Source: Octopus bimaculoides (lineage: Eukaryota). Taken from it: 64,000 nucleotides of DNA. The notes under the pieces were generated by a model, which was not told the origin of the DNA, did not search any database, and worked only from the letters and a program-made list of their open reading frames with translations. How positions within the stretch are numbered: position 1 is the stretch's first letter; every line of letters begins with the position of its first letter. Position numbers and translations under genes: made by a program. The DNA is taken from assembly GCF_001194135.2 (NCBI RefSeq), contig NC_069004.1, positions 10,334,767 to 10,398,766 of the forward strand, read 5' to 3'. This document shows positions 56,100 through 64,000 of this stretch, piece after piece.

Positions 56100-57277
56100 G
56101 ACAGTTTACACAACTTATGATGACAGTTTACACAAATTAGCTGTCCTTGGCTTCCTCTATAGCCCCAGAACCTGGCACATGAGTTCCTATATCCTTGGGA
56201 TGATCTTCTTCAAACATCTCCTTGATCTTCGGCACCAGCTTAGCTTTGCTGTTGCAGGGAGAGCAGTTAGTATCTTTCTCAACCACAGAGTATTCCATGG
56301 GATTACAATTGAAGGAGTTAGGAAGCCAGAGAGTGGGGCCGGTGAAGTTGCAGAAATTCTCCAACAACCACTGCTGACTATTTCTGGAGGTATATGGCAA
56401 GGAGCCAAATCCTGCTGCCACACATATGGCCTTCCAGCAGCAACCCTCTCCAGCCAGGGTTTGACAACAGTCTCCAGCAGCTTCACATAGCTATCTGAAT
56501 TGAGTCTAAGGCCCTGTTCAAAGATGTGAAGTGGCATGACATCTCCCTCACTGGAGGCATACTCAAAGGCCCTCACAGTTTGTGGGAGTTTGGGTCTCAT
56601 TATATGTAGGACATCATATGTATTGTAGGCAAGCCACCTGTTGGTCTGTAACTGGTCCTGGCAGAAGTTCTTTTCATCTTAGAGGGACCAGGTCATCCCC
56701 AGCCCAAACAGGATGCTTTATCTTGTTTAGGAGCTTCTTTGCTGTCATCAAGCAGTTCTTCTTGACAGTCAGAATTTGTTCCTTGCACCTCTTGTATGAA
56801 TTGCGGAAAAGGTTTTCACTCAGAGCCCAAATTCATGGTAGCAACTCAAACACCCATCTCTCTCACCAAAGCCCAGATTTCCTTGTTCAGATCTTCCATC
56901 ACCCTGTCTGCAGTTGTAGGATGAATTCTGACATGCAGATGCAGTCAGACTGCTTGCTGTGTCCCTTCATATTGACCACAGCTTTGTAGTCTCTACTGCA
57001 GCTGTCCATGTTGCATCTTACAGCCTTTATGGTGTTCACAGAGCAATGAGCAGCAATCATGATGTTGGCATTTTCATACCTGACATGAATCTTCATGGTA
57101 CAGATAACTCTTTTCCAATATTGAGTTGGACTCCAATCCTCCATGTCAGCTAACATTTTCTCGACTACAACTTTAATCGTTATGCCCTCCAACGCCACTG
57201 ACTGTTCACCAGTACATCAAGCTGTTCCTGAAAAAGGGAGACTTCAAAAACGCATCAAATTTAGTCGAAACACCCTG
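56100..57277 (-). mobile_element. DD37-spaced Tc1/mariner (maT-like) transposase pseudogene
   Basis: TA|CAGGGTGT 5' end at 57277. Fragments SSEGDVMPLHIFEQGLRLNSDSYVKLLETVVKPWLERVAAGRPYVWQQD and WLPNSFNCNPMEY; 37 residues between the second D and the last acidic residue after correcting one frameshift. Confidence 0.85.
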
Positions 57278-57889
57278 TATTACTGAAAGGTATTGAAATT
57301 GTAATGATATTTGGTCTAGAACTGATGACTGATTGAGCATATTTTGTATCCATTGTGGTTCTCTTTTTCTTTCCATATGATTCGTTATCATCCCTTTATA
57401 TCACATTTTTTTTATTTGATATATACACACATACACACAAACATATACATATTTACATATATATGTATTAATAATAATAAAGGAGTTACGACGCAAAAAC
57501 GTATATATTCAAATAAACATATTTTTCTTCTTCAATATATATTTCAGTATAAAGAGACTTAATAAATCAAAATTTCTTTACACATCTTCAGGAATAAATA
57601 TAACACCAGAAAACTACATTCGGTTTAAAAATACAAACCGTTCATGTGTGTGTGTGTGTAAACAATAATCAATCAAACATACACACACACATATAAGTGA
57701 ATGAAAAGAATTGAAGAAGCGGTTACACATTACAAGTTTAAAAAATACATGGAATCCATATTATGTAACATTAACACTTACGTAATTTTACCATAATACC
57801 TCATCTTTGAGTGCACCCTCCCTACACCACAAAATTGGTAACCATTTATATCTACACACACACACACACACACACTTTTTTAAAAACTG

Positions 57890-58263
57890 TTTTACTTGTT
57901 TCGGTCATTTGACTGTGGCCATGCTGGAGCACCGCCTTTAGTTGAGCAAATCGACCCCAGGACTTATTCTTTGGAAGTCTAGTACTTATTCTATCGGTGT
58001 CTTTCACCGAACCGCTAAGTTATGGGGACGTAAACACACCAGCATCGGGCGTCAAGCGATATTGGGGGACACAGACACACAAACATATATACATATATAC
58101 GATGGACTTCTTTCAATTTCCGTCTACCAAATCCACTCACAAGGCTTTGGTCAGCCCGAGGCTATAGTAGAAGACACTTGCCCAAGGTGCCACGCAGTGC
58201 GACTGAACCCGGAACCATGTGGTTGGTAAGCAAGCTACTTACCACACAGCCACTCCTACGCCT
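57890..58263 (-). mobile_element. SINE family 1 copy
   Basis: Reverse complement of the 11398 and 23145 copies. Confidence 0.85.
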
Positions 58264-58319
58264 ATACACATGCAGGTTTAATAACGCAAACAGGAAAAAT
58301 AGATAAGTGAATGTATGAA

Positions 58320-60900
58320 ACTCTGAGTATATTTTTCATGTCTTCTGCATATCTTTCATGTTTTCTCTTTAGGAAGCAGAGCCTGTTCTTTTGGCCTCTC
58401 CTGCTAGCTCATCTGTTAAACCAAGTCAATCTTTGTGCAGTGGCATTGAATTACCTCATGTTTTGTTATTAATTCAGTGCTTTGTGGCAACAGTAATCTA
58501 CACCACTAAGAACAAACGTTCTCCATAGAAGTAGCATGGTATCCTTTTTCCTTGTTCTGAATAATTTCAGAATATAACCAGTCACTCACCTGTACTGTGT
58601 TGCCATCTTAGTAATATGCATATGAAATGATGCAGGCCACACACTAACACTGACTCTGGGATTGCTCTACCCACCGGTCCTGTATATTCCAACTGCAATC
58701 TGTATGTGAGCCAATAGTAGAACGTTTGAAACTTCTCAGCATTGAACTGCATGTTATTTTCATCAGCCCACCTGTACACTGCATTCAGGTCTTTCTGTAG
58801 TTTGAAGATGTCATCAGGGACCTTGACTGCTTGTGACACTTTTGTATCATCAAGCATGGCTGGTGAGAGTGGCTGACAGTATGACAGAGGGCATATCTGA
58901 CAGAGCTACCACAAACAGTCATGGTCTCATTACAGTTCCCTCAGGGACTCTGCTAAGGTTTGATATCTCCCTATAGATAGCACAATTGGCCATGACTGTC
59001 TGACTTCTTAGAAGCCATGCAGCCACTCACAGTTTGAGGATGTCATCAGGGACCTTGACTGATTCTGACACTTTTGTATCATGAAGCATGGCTGGTGAGA
59101 GTGGCTGACTGTATGACAGAGAACATGTCTGACAGCTACCACAAACAGCTGTGGTCGCATTGCATTTCCCTCAGGGACTCCACTAAGGATTGATGTCTCA
59201 TCAGAGATAGCACAATTGGATCAATTTCATGATTAACTTTGAGTGGTGGTGTTGTTCTTTCCAGTCAAAATGCTGCTCTAGCTGTGTGCGGCAGCTCCTC
59301 CCCTGGATAGAAGCCATGTTGCATGTTTATGAGCAAGTAATTTTCTTCGAGGAACACGATCAGCCTCCTTCTGACAATGTGATCTACTATCTCGCTAAAA
59401 TGTGTGGTCAGAGAGATAACTTTTAGTATCAGTTCTGCTTCTTCCATTATGGAGAAGGCATATTATACCTTTATTAACACTTTGGGAAGTTTGCCACACG
59501 CAAGAAAACCCTGGAGAAGTATCTGCAGTGGTTTTGTGACAGCTTCCTTACATGTCTTTAAGAGAAAAGTCAGAAATCCATCTGGGCTTATTGTTGAGTT
59601 TGAATTTATCTCATCAAGGGCCACTATTATATCTTCTTGTGTGGGTCCATGGTGTAGACAAGCTTATCAGGTTTGCTTATTTGCATATCTCCCAGTGGGT
59701 AAGTGAAAACACTTTGAAACTGCTTATCTAGTAATTCACTGATCCTCACAGGGTCTACAGTCAGTGAACCATTTTCTTCAAAGTGTGACCCTATCTTGTA
59801 GCATGCTGAAGCAGATTCTTTTGCAAATTTGTAGAAGTCTTTCACAATCATTTTTATATTTTCAGCTGTCCTGGCTTCTCTTTCTTCCCTTTCTATGGGT
59901 GAGTCAGGGTTTATTTTCAATCTGTAAGAGTACCTCTTTGAGGTGGGGGTTCTCATTGTCATTCACATGTTCAAGTGATTTGAAATCTTTATTCTTTGTT
60001 TCATAAAAATCCTCCAGTCTCAGGGAATAGTGTTTTTGTGTGTACTGGCTCTCCTCTCTGAGACAAATTTAATGCATATGGCTGATGTTATTTACATAAA
60101 TTTTCCGAGATTCTTTTCAATGTCTTGCATAGACTTTTAAGCCAATTTTACTTCAAGATCTCTTATCTAATATATTTCTAGTCAGCTTTGTAGAAATTCA
60201 GACCAGGAAGGGTTTGCTTGACATTTGTGTGGAATACATCTTTAATTAGTTTTGGACTACAGATTCTTAGGTTCTATTCTGTTATAGTCAGAGACGCCTT
60301 CACATTGTCAATATGGTAAAAAAAACTCCTTCGATCATGAAAGACCATGGGACTGCACCTAGAAAGTTACCCTCTGAGGTACAATTCCAGGCAAGGTTGT
60401 TCATAGAAGACCAGCAGTCGCCCATGCATACCAGCCTCCCCTTTCCATGCCACCAATGTTATCCAAGAGAAAGGTAAAGGCCAATGCAGATTGGTACCAG
60501 TGATGTTGCAACCCATTTCTACAGCTGGCTGAACTGGAGCAATGTGAAATAAGGGGTCTTTCTCAAGAAGACAACACACAACCCGGTCCGGGAACTGAAC
60601 ACACTACCTCATGATTGTGAGCCCTGCGCTCTAACTATTGAGCCATGTACTTTCACACTGTCGATAAGTTCCACATTATTGGTGAAGCAGACACCTAAAA
60701 TGTTATTCCAGATTAGGTAAAATATGATCTGTTCCATGAACATCATTTTCCTGAGATCAAGCAGAAATTCTGATGGATTGTACTTTTTGCATGTTATTTC
60801 TGAGATAATGTCACCTTCAGGCTATTAAACAACGAGGAAGTTAAAGTCACCTATTAAAATTAGATAAAGGTATTGATCTAGTTTTGTTAGTACTTTTATC
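58320..60900 (-). mobile_element. Decayed CR1/L2-clade-like LINE ORF2 (AP endonuclease + reverse transcriptase)
   Basis: Minus-strand fragments ILIGDFNF and NILGVCFTNN (APE), KIGSHFEENGSL...QFQSVFT (linker), ISLTTHFS...QHGF and DDTKV...LQKDLN..WADENNMQFNAEKFQ (RT), DTMLLLWRTFV..VDYC (C-terminus); many stops and frameshifts. Confidence 0.88.
60325..60655 (-). mobile_element. tRNA-derived SINE inserted into the CR1-like LINE
   Basis: Minus-strand head GGCTCAATAGTTAGAGCGCAGGGCTCACAATCATGAGGTAGTGTGTTCAGTTCCCGG; interrupts the endonuclease region of the LINE. Confidence 0.7.
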
Positions 60901-61477
60901 ATTTTAAGCTCCCCTCAAACTTACTATCATGAGTTGAGGCATCAGGTAAATAATATCATGTGCATATTACTACAAGCTGCATATATATATATATATATAC
61001 AAATATAAACATACATGCATATATACATATGTATATACATGCATATATATACATATGTATATATGCATACACGAACGTATACATATATATGTATATACAC
61101 GTAAATGCATGCATGCATGCACACATACATACATACACACATATATATATGTATATATCGTTTACTTGCGTCTGATATTCGACTGCAACCATGCTGGAGC
61201 ATAACCTAGAAGGGTTTTAGTTGAACAAACCACCTCCAGGTTTTGAGTTGTTTTTTTTTAAAAAGAAATCTGATGTTTATTCTATCAGTCTCTTTTGCTA
61301 TACAGTTATGGGGACGTAAACAAACTAGCGCACGCTCGTGAGCCTTCCATACAGTATTCCTCTATTAGTCTAGAATAATAGATGACACTTGTCCAAGGTC
61401 CCATGCAGTGGAACAACTCAAAACCACATGGTTGGAAAGCAAACTTCTTAACAACACAGCCATACTTGAATATAGAT

Positions 61478-61830
<353 letters not shown>

Positions 61831-63079
61831 TACAAATACAAAAATACAAGAAAAGCTATATTAACTGTACACATGTATATGTGTAGAGGTAGACAGATAT
61901 ATATAATCTAATGTTTTCATTATATTCTCAAAAGTTGCTAGTGTGTAACCCCAGCCCTATGTTAACCATCAGAATGTAAACATACATTTAACGACGTTCT
62001 AACCGTGACAATCCAGTTTTTCGTTTCACACAACGTTATCGAGTGTATAATTTTTTTTTAACGTTATGCTGGTATTTACAGGATGGAGTTTTCCCTACTA
62101 TTTCTAGCACATAAAGTGGCTATGTAGAGGTTCCCCTCCCTCTTCGGTTTGGTTTGTCAGTGGATAGCTAAGGAAACTGACAGCGTTAGAGAAACGAGAT
62201 TAGGTGACGTTTATGTCCGTTTGTTTTCCTATCCCTAAGGAGTAAACTCGCATCAACAAAAACAACAGGGCTTAAAGAATGTCATCAGCAATAATAATAA
62301 TAATAATAATAATTATTATTATTATTATTATTTCTTTATTGCCCACAAGGGGCTAAACATAGAGGGGACAAACAAGGACAGACAAACGGATTAAGTCGAT
62401 TACATCGACCTCACCCCCAGTGCGTAACTGGTACTTATTTAATCGACCCCGAAATAATAATAATTATAACAATAATAATAATAATAATGATGATAATACT
62501 TTGTATGTAAACAGAAGAGCTGATATATTTCAGAAAAGAAACGAAATGTGTTGTTACGAGGTTTATGTGAGGTACCAGCTGTATATAAATAACAAATAAA
62601 CATCAACAAATAAGAACAACCATAATAACAATAACAACAACAAGACATAGAAAACGTCAACCTTTTTGTTTTCGTTTTGTGTTTTTGTTTTTTTTTTAAC
62701 AGAGGTGGACTAACCTTGTACTGTGGATTACATTTTTGTATCAGGTATCAAATATGGTAAATATAACTGCAGGGCCAACGAGAGACAAAAAAAAAACAAA
62801 AACAAAGTAAAGGTGAATCTCCGGTTGTAATATTGAAGTTGTGTCTGTGAAGATGACGACGGCCGCCGTTTGTCAAATCGTTAGCAACCGATGAGAAAAT
62901 GGCGTCTGCATAAAAAAAATATTTCTTTCCGAGGATTACGTTGATTACCTGCCCTTGGTTTTTAACTTGGTTGTTTTCTTGTCTTTTTACGTTTGTTGTT
63001 GTGGAGGTTTGTTTTTAGCTCGTTGTTTGTGACGCTAGATGTCACTTTCACTGCTGCGTGAGTTGAAGGAAGGGAGTGC

Positions 63080-63262
63080 AGAGTGAGGGAGAGTGAGGGA
63101 AAGGAAGAGAGAGTGAGCGAAAGGAAGAGAGAGTGAGGAAAAGGAAGAGAGAGTGAGGGAAAGGAAGAGAGAGTGAGCGAAAGGAAGAGAGAGTGAGGGA
63201 AAGGAAGAGAGAGTGAGCGAAAGGAAGAGAGAGTGAGGGAAAGGAAGAGAGAGTGAGGGAAA
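63080..63262. repeat. 20-bp purine-rich minisatellite, about 9 copies, within a GA-rich tract (about 63060-63540)
   Basis: Unit gagagtgag(g/c)gaaaggaaga repeated. Confidence 0.9.
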
Positions 63263-64000
63263 GGAAGAGTGAGAGGGAAGGGAAAGGAGTAATGTGTGCA
63301 CAAAGAGTGTGAGAGATAGAGAGGCAGGTAAAAAAAGGAGAAAGAGGACAAATAGAGAGAGATAAAGAAAGAAAACGAGGTAAAGAGAGAAATAGAGTGA
63401 GAGAGGAAACAACAGAGAGGGGGTGGGGGGAAATTAGAGAAAGAGAGAATAATAAAAAGAGCAGTAGTGAGGGGAGAAGACAATAGTGAACGAGAAAGAG
63501 ATAAAGTGAATGAGTGAGGGAAAGAAGATAGATAACGTGAGTGTCGAAACGACAGAGGCGAGGTAGAAGCGAAACTCATTAGCTAAGCTCATAAAAAGCA
63601 CGGAATTTTTTTTTATATCATTTTCTTTTTACTTGTTTCCTGCATCGGACTTGCGGCCATGCTAGGGCGTCGCCTTCGTGGTTTTAATCGACCAAATTGA
63701 CTCCACTACTTACTTTTTGAGCCTACTACTTATTCTGTTGGTTCTATTTTGCCTATGGTACGGGAACGTAAACAAATCGAGGTAATCTTCAAGTTATAGG
63801 GGGATAAAAAAAATAAATAAAAATATTCAAGGGAAGTAACTCAACGTCTTACCAGTATTCTCCGTACATCTCTGTTTATAAATAAATCACACACGTGATT
63901 TGATTGACGTTAGGGTTAGGGTGTGATTTATTTATAAACAGCTAGAAGAAAACGGATAATACTGGTAAGTCGTTCAGTTATTTCCCTTGAATATTTTTAT

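Noticed and set aside
62880-62915. Plus-strand gene start at AAAATGGCG (YY1-like motif)
   Set aside because: The frame closes after four codons (ATG GCG TCT GCA TAA); splice signals favour a minus-strand intron here.
62962-63579. 205-aa Ser/Leu/Phe-rich ORF
   Set aside because: Translation of a 20-bp CT/GA minisatellite; no start context or domain.
63910-63922. Telomeric TTAGGG repeats
   Set aside because: Only two units; not an array.

Overview
AT-rich, microsatellite- and transposon-dense animal genomic DNA from a draft assembly with nine N-gaps. The repeat landscape resembles Octopus or another coleoid cephalopod; this is recalled resemblance, not a database result. The main feature is an intron-rich minus-strand UPF2 gene (regulator of nonsense transcripts 2, the triple-MIF4G NMD factor). 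I assembled 26 coding exons by hand, from the ATG at 36490 down to 1087 (2826 nt, 942 codons). All have GT-AG ends and consistent phases, and from c4/c5 onward they align with human UPF2 as I recall it. The gene runs off the left edge inside MIF4G-3. Two predicted non-coding leader exons and an ETS-motif promoter lie at about 45.3-45.75 kb, and the predicted spliced leader carries five upstream AUGs. The rest is repeats: several SINE families (some with clean TSDs and nesting), piggyBac-type and hAT-type MITEs, a non-autonomous Helitron, decayed Tc1, mariner and DD37 transposons, a decayed CR1-like LINE, and a Penelope-like remnant with two hammerhead-like motifs. Almost all entries in the supplied ORF track are chance or repeat ORFs. 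No rRNA, true tRNA or CRISPR features were found. Nothing here is established as a novel system. The best leads are the uORF-laden UPF2 leader and the tandem hammerhead-like motifs.
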